32,000 nucleotides of DNA from an uncultured archaeon (GCA_964577555.1 CAZNZM010000007.1:1-32000), one strand, 5' to 3'. Counted from the stretch's first letter, positions 9,280 through 18,890 are shown. Numbers and translations: made by a program. Notes: a model not told the origin generated them from the sequence alone.

Positions 9280-9392
9280 GGATTACCACCATTTGGTGTT
9301 TTATTAGGACTAGGCTTAAATGAATATACTGGTTTTTTTTGTTTGGGTTTAAATTTTAATTTATTATTTTTACCTGGTTTATATCTTGTCAT
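9249..9392 (-). CDS. Candidate 47-aa basic Pro/Lys/Asn-rich small protein
   Basis: ATG at 9392 is preceded by GGAGG (9401-9405 on +, as cctcc) with 8-nt spacing. Translation: MTRYKPGKNNKLKFKPKQKKPVYSFKPSPNKTPNGGNPRNNGILRKK. It falls below the ORF-track length cut-off and is low-complexity. Confidence 0.35.
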   Translation of the reverse strand: MTRYKPGKNNKLKFKPKQKKPVYSFKPSPNKTPNGGNPRNNGILRKK

Positions 9393-9518
9393 TTTTTATT
9401 CCTCCTTTTTTTTTAAATCACAATTTTTTTATCGTGGCATTCTCCTTTTTTATAGTTTTTGGCTGGCTGGGTTTTTCACTTTTTATGAATATTGTTTATC
9501 TTTGTTTTTAGATGTCCG

Positions 9519-9710
9519 CTATAATATTTTTTTTCCTTCTTCAGTTACTTTTCCTTCTTTTGTTAAAACTACTGCCTTAAATGGATCTTTTACTGGTTTT
9601 GTTTTTCTTTGTGGCCCGTGATGGACTCCCGGATTTTGTGTTGGCGGAGGCTCAATAACTGGTCCAGGATGACTTGCCGGTTTTGGTCTTGTAGTTCTAA
9701 ATGGAGCCAT
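9519..9710 (-). CDS. Candidate 63-aa Pro-rich basic small protein
   Basis: ATG start. TTTTTATAC lies about 30 nt upstream, compatible with a TATA box and a leaderless mRNA. The sequence MAPFRTTRPKPASHPGPVIEPPPTQNPGVHHGPQRKTKPVKDPF... matches no family I recognise. Confidence 0.4.
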   Translation of the reverse strand: MAPFRTTRPKPASHPGPVIEPPPTQNPGVHHGPQRKTKPVKDPFKAVVLTKEGKVTEEGKKIL

Positions 9711-9741
9711 TTTTTATACAACGCTTTTTTAGTATAAAAAC

Positions 9742-11196
9742 TTATCTCCAATAATTTGGAGCTTCTTCTGTTATGGTTACGTCATGTGGATGTGATTCAC
9801 GCAATGCCGCCGAAGTTATTCTTATTAGTTTGGCTTTCTTTTTGAGTTTTGTTATTGTTTCGCAACCAGACAACCCCATTCCGCTTCTTATTCCGCCAAT
9901 CAATTGGTATACCACTTCATGAATTGTTCCTTTGTATGGCACTACTCCTTCAATGCCTTCAGGCACCAGTTTTCTTTCTTCTTCAAGATGTCCTTGGAAG
10001 TATCTGTCTTTTGAGCCTTGCATCATTGCTCCAACAGAACCCATGCCCCTGTATTGTTTGAATTTTCTGTTATTCAAATAAACAGTTTTTCCAGGGGTTT
10101 CTTCGCACCCTGCAAACAAAGAGCCAATCATTACCGCATCGGCTCCTGCTGACAAGGCTTTTACAATGTCTCCAGAGTATGTTATTCCCCCGTCAGCTAT
10201 TATTGGAATATTTCCAGCTGCTTTTGAACTCTCCAATATTGCGGTTATTTGTGGAATTCCCACTCCTGCAACCACTCTGGTTGTACAGATACTGCCAGGT
10301 CCTATTCCGACTTTTATGCCGTCCGCACCAGCCTTGATTAGGGCTTTTGTTCCTTGTGCTGTTGCAACGTTGCCTGCGATTATTTCAATGTCAAAATTTT
10401 TTTTGTATCTTTTCACAGCCTCAATCACGTTTTTTGAATGTCCGTGAGAAGTGTCTAAAACTATTACATCCGCTTCTTTTGAAATCAAGGCTTCAACCCT
10501 TATATCGTCTTTTGGGCCTACCGCGGCTCCCACCAAAAGCCTGCCTCTTTTGTCTTTTATTGCATTTGGATGTTTTCTTGCATTTTGAATATCAGTAATA
10601 GTGATAAGCCCTTTTAGTCTTCTTTCCGAATCAACGATTGGCAGTTTTTCAATTCTGTTCTTGTGCAAAATGTTTTTTGCTTCATCATCCGACACTATTT
10701 TGTCAATTGTCACCAAATCCTTGAATGGAGTCATTACTTCGCTTACAGGTTTGAATGGGTTGTCTTCAAAAAGCATATCTCTATTAGTAATCATGCCAAC
10801 GAGCTTGCCGTCATCAACAACAGGAAAACTGTTTATTCCGAATTCCTTTTTGAGGGCATGAATGCGCGACAAATTGTCTTTGGACGAAACAGTGATAGGA
10901 TTGTTAATTATCCAAAACTCGGCTCTCTTGACTTTTTCCACTTCCACAGCCTGCATTTCAGGAGTCATGTTTTTATGAATTATTCCTATGCCGCCTTCGC
11001 GAGCCAAAGCAATTGCAACAGCATGCTCCGTGACAGTATCCATTGCGGCGCTCAATATTGGAATGTTTAAAGAAATTTTACCTGTTATTTTAGTTTTTAA
11101 AGAAACGTCTTTTGGCAAGACTTGGGACTCGTCAGGAACAACCAATACATCATCAAAAGTCAAGCCTGTTTTAGAAATCAGCTTTTCTTTTACCAT
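9742..11196 (-). CDS. guaB: Inosine-5'-monophosphate dehydrogenase
   Basis: 484 aa. Catalytic loop [11 protein letters not shown], an internal CBS pair, and C-terminal GGIRSGMG. Confidence 0.95.
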   Translation of the reverse strand: MVKEKLISKTGLTFDDVLVVPDESQVLPKDVSLKTKITGKISLNIPILSAAMDTVTEHAVAIALAREGGIGIIHKNMTPEMQAVEVEKVKRAEFWIINNPITVSSKDNLSRIHALKKEFGINSFPVVDDGKLVGMITNRDMLFEDNPFKPVSEVMTPFKDLVTIDKIVSDDEAKNILHKNRIEKLPIVDSERRLKGLITITDIQNARKHPNAIKDKRGRLLVGAAVGPKDDIRVEALISKEADVIVLDTSHGHSKNVIEAVKRYKKNFDIEIIAGNVATAQGTKALIKAGADGIKVGIGPGSICTTRVVAGVGIPQITAILESSKAAGNIPIIADGGITYSGDIVKALSAGADAVMIGSLFAGCEETPGKTVYLNNRKFKQYRGMGSVGAMMQGSKDRYFQGHLEEERKLVPEGIEGVVPYKGTIHEVVYQLIGGIRSGMGLSGCETITKLKKKAKLIRITSAALRESHPHDVTITEEAPNYWR

Positions 11197-11263
11197 ACAA
11201 CATTATAAATTAAAAAATTTAAAAGAGTTGTGGTAACGGCTTTTTTGCAACGCTCTTATAATT

Positions 11264-11695
11264 CTAATTGTTTGGCTTTGCCGAATCAATTATTTTCTCT
11301 TTTATTTTTGAGCTTTTGAACATATTTTCTTTGTATGGTTTAAGCCTGACTATTTTTGCTTTCAAACCCCTTGCAGCAAGCATTTTTTCAAGTTCTGCTT
11401 CGCTTGGCTTTTGGTCATAACCCAAAGCAATTATTTCCGGTTTTATTTTTTCAACGCTGTTTATCATGTCATCTTCAAAGCCTATTACTGCTTCATCCAC
11501 AAACTTTATGTTTGCAACCATTTCCCTGCGCTCCTTTTCAGAATTGACAGGCGCTTTTCCTTTGATTTTTTTTACGTTTGAATCTGTGGCAATAATGACT
11601 ATTAACTTGTCACCCAACGACTTTGCTTGGGCAAGGTAACTTAAATGTCCCGGGTGTAAAAGGTCAAAAGTGCCAAATGCAAGAACTTTTTTCAT
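11264..11695 (-). CDS. ribL: Archaeal FAD synthase (RibL-type cytidylyltransferase-fold nucleotidyltransferase)
   Basis: 143 aa. GTFDLLHPGH motif and overall collinearity with M. jannaschii RibL as I remember it (KSLGD.LIV..A.D..V.K.KG..P...E..RREMV). Confidence 0.75.
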   Translation of the reverse strand: MKKVLAFGTFDLLHPGHLSYLAQAKSLGDKLIVIIATDSNVKKIKGKAPVNSEKERREMVANIKFVDEAVIGFEDDMINSVEKIKPEIIALGYDQKPSEAELEKMLAARGLKAKIVRLKPYKENMFKSSKIKEKIIDSAKPNN

Positions 11696-11780
11696 ACAAA
11701 AAAAACTTGCAAAAACCCTTATATATCGTTTGCAATTTGCAACAGCATTGTTTTTATTTTTTATATGCTAAAATAATAGA

Positions 11781-11969
11781 ATGCAATACCCAAACATAGT
11801 AAAATTTTTTATAATCCTGCTTGGCGGACTTGCATTGGGTTTTGTGGCTTGGGCAATGATAATGGTTGTCAATCACGAAACTGAAAAAATAACCAAAACA
11901 TTTCCAGCTTTTGCTGGATTACTTATTTCAAATTTTTATAAAACAAAATTTTCCAAAAAACCGATTTAA
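11781..11969 (+). CDS. Small (62 aa) membrane protein, unknown function
   Basis: ATG start with one clear TM helix (FFIILLGGLALGFVAWAMIMVV). No family recognised. Confidence 0.4.
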   Translation: MQYPNIVKFFIILLGGLALGFVAWAMIMVVNHETEKITKTFPAFAGLLISNFYKTKFSKKPI

Positions 11970-12012
11970 GCAGGTTTAAAAAATCCTTTTCAGCCAAATT
12001 ACTTTGGTTTTC

Positions 12013-13071
12013 ATGGATATTGAATCACGCATAAATATTGTAAAAGAAGTAGGCGAAGAAATACTCACTGAAGAAGACTTGAGAAATTTGTTCAGCACCA
12101 AAGCCAACCCAATAGCTTACGACGGCTTTGAACCTTCAGGAAAAATACATGTCGCCCAAGGAGTTTTGCGCTCCATAAACATAAATAAAATGATTAAAGC
12201 AGGTTGCAAATTCAAGCTTTTAGTGGCTGATTGGCACGCTTGGGCAAACAACAAATTAGGCGGCGACCTTTCAAAAATACAAAAAGCTGGCGAATACATG
12301 ATTGAAGTATGGAAAGCAAGCGGCATGGATTTGGAAAACGTTGAATTCGTTTGGGCCTCTGACTTTATGGGTGAAAAGGATTATTGGGCCAAAGTAATGA
12401 AAATAGCGACTTATTCAACAGTTTCAAGGGTAATAAGATGTTCTCAAATAATGGGGCGAAAAGAATCAGAAACCCTGCACGCTTCCCAAATATTTTATCC
12501 ATGCATGCAAACAGCGGATATTTTTGAATTGAATGTTGATATAGCCCAACTTGGCATGGATCAAAGAAAAGTTAACGTGTTTGCAAGGGAAATAGCTGAA
12601 AAATTCGGTTGGAAAAAACCAGTTGCAGTGCATCACCACATGCTCATGGGTTTACTTCAACCAAACACCAAGGCAGAAGGCATTGAGAGGTCAATAGAAA
12701 TGAAAATGTCTAAATCCAAGCCAGATTCTGCAATATTCATGACGGATTCTGCCGAGGAAGTCGCCAGAAAAATAAACAAAGCTTATTGTCCAGAAAAAGT
12801 TGTTTCTAACAATCCGATATTAGAGTATTGCAAGCATATTGTGTTTGAAAAATTCAATGAAGTTGAAGTGGAAAGGCCGGAAAAATTCGGCGGAAACATA
12901 AGCTACTACTCTTATGCCGAGTTGGAAAAAGATTTTGCTTCAGGAAAACTACACCCAATAGACCTTAAATCTTCTGTTGTAGTTCATCTTAATAAAATTC
13001 TTAACCCAGTAAGACTGCATTTTGAGAAAGACTCCAAGGCTAGAAAAATCTTGCTTGAACTAAACAATTGA
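12013..13071 (+). CDS. tyrS: Tyrosyl-tRNA synthetase, archaeal type
   Basis: GFEPSGKIH, KMSKSKPDS and PEKFGG...YSYAELEKDFASGKLHPIDLK are collinear with M. jannaschii TyrRS. The ORF-track start at 12004 is TTG, so I prefer the ATG at 12013. Confidence 0.9.
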   Translation: MDIESRINIVKEVGEEILTEEDLRNLFSTKANPIAYDGFEPSGKIHVAQGVLRSININKMIKAGCKFKLLVADWHAWANNKLGGDLSKIQKAGEYMIEVWKASGMDLENVEFVWASDFMGEKDYWAKVMKIATYSTVSRVIRCSQIMGRKESETLHASQIFYPCMQTADIFELNVDIAQLGMDQRKVNVFAREIAEKFGWKKPVAVHHHMLMGLLQPNTKAEGIERSIEMKMSKSKPDSAIFMTDSAEEVARKINKAYCPEKVVSNNPILEYCKHIVFEKFNEVEVERPEKFGGNISYYSYAELEKDFASGKLHPIDLKSSVVVHLNKILNPVRLHFEKDSKARKILLELNN

Positions 13072-13122
13072 CAATTTTTATAAAAAGAAAATATTATTAA
13101 TCGAAAAAAACTTTATTTTGGA

Positions 13123-13824
13123 ATGTTTTTTGAAGAAATAAAAAAGAACAAAGGCGCAATTTTCTTCATAATTTTTTTATTCTTGTTGATATTGCTCTTT
13201 TATTCGGCTTATGACAAGAGTTCCGGGAATTTTTCCGCGGAAAAATTGACCAAGGCTGTTTCTTTTTCAAACATGAATGAGAGTTTTAAAGAGTTGAACA
13301 AAGTAACCGCTTTGTCTGGCTTGGCGCTTGTTTCAATAGCATTTTTGCTTGGCCCATTATCAAAAATTTTTCCATCATACTTCCAAAAATTTTTGGCATG
13401 GAGAAAGTTAATAGGCAGGGCTGGTTTGGTCTTGGTTATTTGGCACGCGTTTTATTCGTTCTTTGACTTTTACTCTTCAGACATTGGAAAATTGCTTGCG
13501 GGAAACAACTCTTTGGCAATCGCTTCCGGAATTTTTGGATTGTCAATATTCTTAATGATGTCAATTACTTCAAACGACGATTTTGTCAAACGCATAGGTT
13601 ATGAAAATTGGAAAAAATTGCAAACATTAGGTTATGCAGGACTTTTTTTTGCAATAGCGCATTTTGCCTTAAACTCAATACACCCAACTAAAGGTTTTTA
13701 CATGAAACCTTCCGAAATTTTTATTTTCAGCCTCGCGGTTTTCGCATTATCAATAAGAATTGTAACGATTTTTATTAAGTTGCCTGAAAGAAGAAAGTTT
13801 GAAGAACATTTTGGGAAAACATAA
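13123..13824 (+). CDS. Ferric-reductase-like (MsrQ/YedZ-type) transmembrane haem-binding domain protein
   Basis: 233 aa, multi-pass. Conserved His residues sit in TM helices (LVLVIWHAFYS; GLFFAIAHFAL), and a WKKLQTLGY motif resembles the WKRLHRLVY block of the family. Confidence 0.6.
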   Translation: MFFEEIKKNKGAIFFIIFLFLLILLFYSAYDKSSGNFSAEKLTKAVSFSNMNESFKELNKVTALSGLALVSIAFLLGPLSKIFPSYFQKFLAWRKLIGRAGLVLVIWHAFYSFFDFYSSDIGKLLAGNNSLAIASGIFGLSIFLMMSITSNDDFVKRIGYENWKKLQTLGYAGLFFAIAHFALNSIHPTKGFYMKPSEIFIFSLAVFALSIRIVTIFIKLPERRKFEEHFGKT

Positions 13825-13842
13825 AAAATTAAGTGTTATTAT

Positions 13843-14151
13843 ATGCGCAAAGGAAGGCGTTTTTTAGGTGTAATAGATTCAATGAGACAATTAAAAACTT
13901 TAGGAGTAAGATTTGAATCTGATGCAGACCTAACAAGACATGTTATTCAAATTTTTGATTTATATTCCATTCCAGAATCTCGTGAAATTGCGCCGTTTGC
14001 TATGAGGGGCAAACTTGTACTTGATTTTACCGGTGTAAAACCAGTTGAAATTGCAACAATGCTTAGAATTATTAGAAGTTTTTACAATATTAATGTTAAA
14101 AAAATTAAAGACAAACCATATCTTTGGCAAGTAGAATGGGTATATGAATAA
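13843..14151 (+). CDS. Hypothetical 102-aa soluble protein
   Basis: ATG start 19 nt after the preceding gene on the same strand. No TM, Cys or His motifs and no recognisable family. Confidence 0.55.
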   Translation: MRKGRRFLGVIDSMRQLKTLGVRFESDADLTRHVIQIFDLYSIPESREIAPFAMRGKLVLDFTGVKPVEIATMLRIIRSFYNINVKKIKDKPYLWQVEWVYE

Positions 14152-14181
14152 TACTAAATTTGGATTGCTTGCGAATCAAGT

Positions 14182-15579
14182 TTATCTTTTGATTTTTTTC
14201 CACTTAACGCCTGTAGGAGTATCCAAAAGTTCTATCCCTTTTGTTTTCAATTCATCTCTAATCTTGTCCGCTTCCTTGAATTTTTTTTCCTTTCTCAAAC
14301 TTTCCCTTTGCATAATTAGTTTTTCAATTTCCTTGTCCAAAGCGACTTCTTCTTTTTCAAACGAAAAAAAACCGAAGATTGAATTCAATTCCCGCAAAAA
14401 AACCAACACCTCTTTTGCGTTTTCTTCTGAAATATTTTTTTGAGAGATCAAATAATTGATTTTTGATTGAAATTCGTAAAGCACCGCCCAAGCATTAGGC
14501 AGATTGAAATCTTCATTCATCCATTTAACAAAATTTTCTTTGGCCGAGCCAACCAAGTTTTTTATTTCAGGATTGTTATTTCCATTTTTTATTTCTTTAA
14601 GGTTTTGAATGAATTCATTCCACTTTTCAAGATTCTTTTCAGCCCTCTGAACAGCTTCTTCGTTGTAATCAATTCTTGATCGGTAATGCAGGCTTGCAAT
14701 AAAAAACCTGAAAGCTTTAGGATTGTGCTTTCGCAGCAACTCAGGTATTGTAATGAAATTGCCAAGACTTTTTGACATTTTTTCCCCATTCACTGTAAGA
14801 AATCCTGCATGCAACCAATACCTTACAAATGGAGCAACACCATAACATGCCTCGCTTTGGCAAATTTCATTTTCATGATGCGGAAAAACCAAATCAACTG
14901 CCCCGCCATGAATGTCAAATTGTTTTCCAAGATATTTGGTGCTCATTGCAGAGCATTCTATATGCCAACCTGGCCTTCCTTTGCCCCAAGGGCTTTCCCA
15001 AAAAACTTCTCCTGGCTTTGCCTTTTTCCATAAAGCAAAATCCATTGGATTTTCCTTGTCATACTTGTCTGTTTCAACTCTTGTTCCGCCAATGCTTTTT
15101 TTGATTTTTATTCTGCTCAATTTTCCGTAATTTTTGAATTTTGATATTTTGAAATAAACCCCGTCTTCGGTTTCGTATGCAAAGCCGTTTTCCTGCAACA
15201 CTTTCACCATTTCAATTATTTCTTTTATATGCTCTGTGACTCTTGGCATTTTATCAGGTTTTTTTATTCCAAGTGCATCCAAATCCTTTAAGAATAAAGG
15301 AATGTTTTTTTCAGCCAATTCAAAAATCGTAATGTCTTCCTTATTGGCTTGCTTTATCATATCGTCATGAACATCGGTAATATTTACAACATAATAAACC
15401 TTGAATCCCAAATATTCAAAATAACGCCTTATTATGTCAAAAGCAATATAAGTTCTTGCGTGCCCTATATGTCCTGGACCATAAACAGTGGGGCCGCAGA
15501 CATACATTTTAACCTCGCCTTTTTTCATAGGCTTAAATTCTTCCATGCTTCTTGAAAGCGTGTTATAAACCTTAAGCAT
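14182..15579 (-). CDS. cysS: Cysteinyl-tRNA synthetase
   Basis: 465 aa. HIGHARTY and KMSKSLGN class-I signatures, with a WHIECS zinc-site region. Confidence 0.95.
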   Translation of the reverse strand: MLKVYNTLSRSMEEFKPMKKGEVKMYVCGPTVYGPGHIGHARTYIAFDIIRRYFEYLGFKVYYVVNITDVHDDMIKQANKEDITIFELAEKNIPLFLKDLDALGIKKPDKMPRVTEHIKEIIEMVKVLQENGFAYETEDGVYFKISKFKNYGKLSRIKIKKSIGGTRVETDKYDKENPMDFALWKKAKPGEVFWESPWGKGRPGWHIECSAMSTKYLGKQFDIHGGAVDLVFPHHENEICQSEACYGVAPFVRYWLHAGFLTVNGEKMSKSLGNFITIPELLRKHNPKAFRFFIASLHYRSRIDYNEEAVQRAEKNLEKWNEFIQNLKEIKNGNNNPEIKNLVGSAKENFVKWMNEDFNLPNAWAVLYEFQSKINYLISQKNISEENAKEVLVFLRELNSIFGFFSFEKEEVALDKEIEKLIMQRESLRKEKKFKEADKIRDELKTKGIELLDTPTGVKWKKIKR

Positions 15580-15677
15580 TATTAAAACCTGTAATTTTTT
15601 TGCATTGCAAATTATTATTAATAGGTTTTTTTAATAAATTGAATATTATTATGCAAACAAAAAAACCCCGAAAAAAG

Positions 15678-15754
15678 CCGGAACAGTTAAAATTTCCTTT
15701 TCTCACGTCAAAATTTAAAACAAAAAAAATCCGGAACAGTTAGAATTTCCTTTT
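15678..15754. repeat. 24-bp direct repeat pair (53-bp period) in the cysS upstream intergenic region
   Basis: ccggaacagttaaaatttcctttt at 15678-15701 and ccggaacagttagaatttcctttt at 15731-15754 match at 23/24 positions. Each is preceded by an A-run, and the 20 nt after each copy match at 12/20. Confidence 0.9.
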
Positions 15755-15944
15755 ATGACTCCAGAATTTTTAAGACACTGCGCCAAAGTCTCTGAAAGTG
15801 CCAAAAGGAAAAGAATAAGCATGCTTTTGAGGATGATTACTCAGAAGCTTAAAAGATCAAAAAAAACAGAAAAAACAACACAAAAATTGCCAAATACAAA
15901 AAACCCCTCGTTGAATTAACTTTGCTTTTTAATTTGACAAATCA

Positions 15945-16175
15945 TTATTCTTCATCTTCATAATCCATTTCTTCATCAAGCTCTTGCATTTCTTCATTCT
16001 TCTTTTCAGTGTCAGTAATCAAAGTCGGCTTGCCTTTTTTTATTCCAACATTAAGCAGTTCCCTGCATTCAGGGCATTGAAAAAAGTCTCCCTCTTCATA
16101 TTCGTTATGATTGAACTCTATTTCCTCTTTACACGCAGGACACTTGACTTTGGACGGCTTTGTCGATTTAGGCAT
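15945..16175 (-). CDS. Zinc-ribbon protein with strongly acidic C-terminal tail (LysW-like architecture)
   Basis: 76 aa. CPAC...(18 aa)...CPEC, then LLNV, then the tail EEMQELDEEMDYEDEE. T-runs on the - strand follow the stop (about 15840-15907). Confidence 0.7.
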   Translation of the reverse strand: MPKSTKPSKVKCPACKEEIEFNHNEYEEGDFFQCPECRELLNVGIKKGKPTLITDTEKKNEEMQELDEEMDYEDEE

Positions 16176-16323
16176 TTGAAAACCTAATAAATGGGCTTTT
16201 CAGTAATATTTTTAAAACTTTTCAAAACCCTTCAAAACCAAAAAATTTCAAAAATATTTTGCTTCGTAAAGGATCGGGAATTTCCTTAGCTTTTTCCCAA
16301 ACCTATTCAGGTTTTGCGATTTG

Positions 16324-16941
16324 TCAGATAAAAGCATCAAGCAAGCCGGTAATGAGCGATATAAAGGTTATGAATACGCCTAAGAAAACCAGGCAAAACA
16401 CCAAGTTGGAAAAAAATCCCGTTTTTTTTACTGCATTTCCTATTTGATAAACAACATAAATCCAAAAAACAAATCCTAACAAAACCATTACTCCAGAAAC
16501 TAAAGAAACTAGTAAAATTCCTAAAGATGGGGTTGCAAGAGAATTTAGTAGTACCAACATTTCCTCTTCACTTTGGATTTCTCCCAAAACTATTGCACTG
16601 AAAAACCCCGAAAATGTAAAATAAATAATTCCAAAAATAATGGCTAATGTTACTATGGAAATAGGATAAGTAATTGAAAATGCAGAAAAAATTTGAAAAA
16701 ACCTGCCTTTTACGTCTTTGCCCTTGAAAAACCAAAGCAAAACATACATTAAAATTGCCGCCAACAACCAAATTACAAAACCATATCCAATTGAAAAAGC
16801 ATAAGTTTCTAAAAAAACTTTTCCGCCTGCAAGAAAAGTAATTATGGCGGATACTAAAAATTGCAACAAAAAGAACAAAACCGCCAAAACATAATTCGGC
16901 TTTTCAAATTGCCCTAAAACAAACGACTTTATCGGGTTCAT
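16324..16941 (-). CDS. Multi-pass integral membrane protein (possibly Yip1-domain-like)
   Basis: 205 aa with about 5 TM helices. The family guess rests only on size and topology. Confidence 0.6.
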   Translation of the reverse strand: MNPIKSFVLGQFEKPNYVLAVLFFLLQFLVSAIITFLAGGKVFLETYAFSIGYGFVIWLLAAILMYVLLWFFKGKDVKGRFFQIFSAFSITYPISIVTLAIIFGIIYFTFSGFFSAIVLGEIQSEEEMLVLLNSLATPSLGILLVSLVSGVMVLLGFVFWIYVVYQIGNAVKKTGFFSNLVFCLVFLGVFITFISLITGLLDAFI

Positions 16942-17093
16942 TTGTTTACTTGTAAGTAAAAACGAGTATTTAAATATTTGTAAATTTTAAGAAGTTGGCA
17001 AAAAACAATTCATAATTTGGCTGATTAATTTTTGCCTGTACTTTAAATCACTAAAAATAATAACCACAAAAGCATTTCTTTAAGTGGATTAAA

Positions 17094-18890
17094 ATGCCTG
17101 TTTTCAGTTTGCTTTTTGACCTTGGATTCATATTGCTGGCAGCCACTTTGCTGAACATGATTGCAAGAATTTTGAATCAACCGCCACTTTTAGCATATAT
17201 AATAGCCGGGATTTTAATAGGCCCGATAGGACTTGGCTCGCTTGGTTTAAGTTTTTCAGGAATCAATATAGGCGTTACTACTTCTGAACAAATTTTGTTG
17301 CTTTCAGAACTTGGCGTGGCTTTTCTTCTTTTTTCAATCGGGATTGAAACCAATATTTCAAAACTTAAAGAACTTGGAAAAGTCGCTTTTTTTGGCACTA
17401 TAATGCAAGTATTTATTGTCACGAGCTTTGTGTTGCTTCTAAACTCTTTCCTCAATTTGCTTTCATTTCAACAAGCATTATACCTTGGAATAATAATGTC
17501 TTTTTCTTCCACAACAATAGTGGTAAAACTGCTTTCCGATTCAAGGCAAATAAACACTTTGCACGGAAGACTGATGATAGGTTTTCTTTTGGTTCAGGAT
17601 TTGATCGCAATAATAGTATTGCCTTTGCTTGAAAACATTGCAAACATTCTTTCGTTGGAAATTGTGGAGGCTCTTTTCATAAAAGTCGTTGCAATTCTCG
17701 GACTTGCTTTTCTTCTTAACAGATACATTTATCCAAAACTTTTTGAATTTGCGGCAAAGTCTGAGGAATTGTTTTTTCTTTCAGCAATGAGTTCTGTGTT
17801 TGTTTTCATTTTTCTCTCGCAAATATTGAATTTTTCCATTGCTGTTGGAGCATTCATTGCAGGAGTAACAATCTCGACTTTGCCTTATAATGTTGAAATA
17901 CTCAACCGCATAAGGGGAGTAAGAGATTTTTTGGCGACAATATTTTTTGTGACACTCGGAATCCAAATCACTCCGGCATTTGCAGAAATTTCTTTACAAA
18001 TTGTAATCTTAACACTTTTTGTCGTGATAATACTTAAGCCACTCATTTTTTTCCTGATAACATTTTTCTCAGGTTATGGCGGAAAAGCAGGAATTGTGGC
18101 AGGATTAGGCTTGATGCAAATTTCGGAATTTTCATTTATAATAGCCAACCAAGGAAAGCCAATTTTAGAAGCTACTCCGGGGCTTTATCAATTTATTATC
18201 CTTTTAATATCAATTTCAATGGCTATTACGCCATATGTTACGACATTTTCAGACAAAGCCCACTCAATTATTAATCAATTTTTTGGAAAAGTCGTACAAC
18301 TAATAAGGTCATTAAAATTTCCTTATAGAAAATTCAACAAGCTTGAAAAGATAGACTCCGACCTTTCAGGCCACATTATTGTTTTTGGCGGAGGCACCAT
18401 AGGTTCAAGCATAATTTCATATGTGATTAATTCAGGAAAAAAAGCGGTTGTTATTGATCAAGACCCTGAAATAGTGCTTTCAATGATAAGCCAAGGCATA
18501 GATTCTGTTTATGGTTTTGCCGAAAATACAGATATTTGGGACAAAGTTGCAATTCAAAAGGCAAAAATAATAGTTATTGCTGCGCCTTATTCATATTCAT
18601 TTGTTTCAGTCGTTAAAAAAATAAAAAAAATGAATCCACAAGCCCCGATTTTTGCAAGAGCCCACTATTTCAAAGACGCATTGCAATTATATAACGCAGG
18701 CGCAGATTTTGTAATAATGCCGCAAGTAGCAGGAGCCAATTTATTCATAAAAAAAATTACCGAATACCTTGAAACAGGCGATGTTTGGAAAATAAGCAAT
18801 TATCAAAGCATATTTGCCGAATACTTGAGAAACAAGGCGGAAGAAGAAAAAAACAAAATTGTTAGCTCTGAAAAGCCAAGATATTTATAA
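17094..18890 (+). CDS. CPA2-family cation:proton antiporter with C-terminal RCK/TrkA-N domain (Kef-like)
   Basis: 598 aa. About 12 TM helices of Na+/H+-exchanger type, then a Rossmann motif IIVFGGGTIGSSI and an RCK-like domain. Confidence 0.85.
   Translation: MPVFSLLFDLGFILLAATLLNMIARILNQPPLLAYIIAGILIGPIGLGSLGLSFSGINIGVTTSEQILLLSELGVAFLLFSIGIETNISKLKELGKVAFFGTIMQVFIVTSFVLLLNSFLNLLSFQQALYLGIIMSFSSTTIVVKLLSDSRQINTLHGRLMIGFLLVQDLIAIIVLPLLENIANILSLEIVEALFIKVVAILGLAFLLNRYIYPKLFEFAAKSEELFFLSAMSSVFVFIFLSQILNFSIAVGAFIAGVTISTLPYNVEILNRIRGVRDFLATIFFVTLGIQITPAFAEISLQIVILTLFVVIILKPLIFFLITFFSGYGGKAGIVAGLGLMQISEFSFIIANQGKPILEATPGLYQFIILLISISMAITPYVTTFSDKAHSIINQFFGKVVQLIRSLKFPYRKFNKLEKIDSDLSGHIIVFGGGTIGSSIISYVINSGKKAVVIDQDPEIVLSMISQGIDSVYGFAENTDIWDKVAIQKAKIIVIAAPYSYSFVSVVKKIKKMNPQAPIFARAHYFKDALQLYNAGADFVIMPQVAGANLFIKKITEYLETGDVWKISNYQSIFAEYLRNKAEEEKNKIVSSEKPRYL

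Noticed and set aside
15678-15754. Mini CRISPR array?
   Set aside because: There are only two repeat copies. The sequence between them is A-rich and partly homologous to the sequence after copy 2, which indicates a tandem duplication. No cas genes are present in the window.
16942-17093. 14-bp palindrome TTACTTGTAAGTAA just upstream of the membrane-protein gene start (16941), as a possible operator
   Set aside because: It is a single short AT-rich palindrome in a divergent promoter region and cannot be distinguished from chance without genome-wide data.
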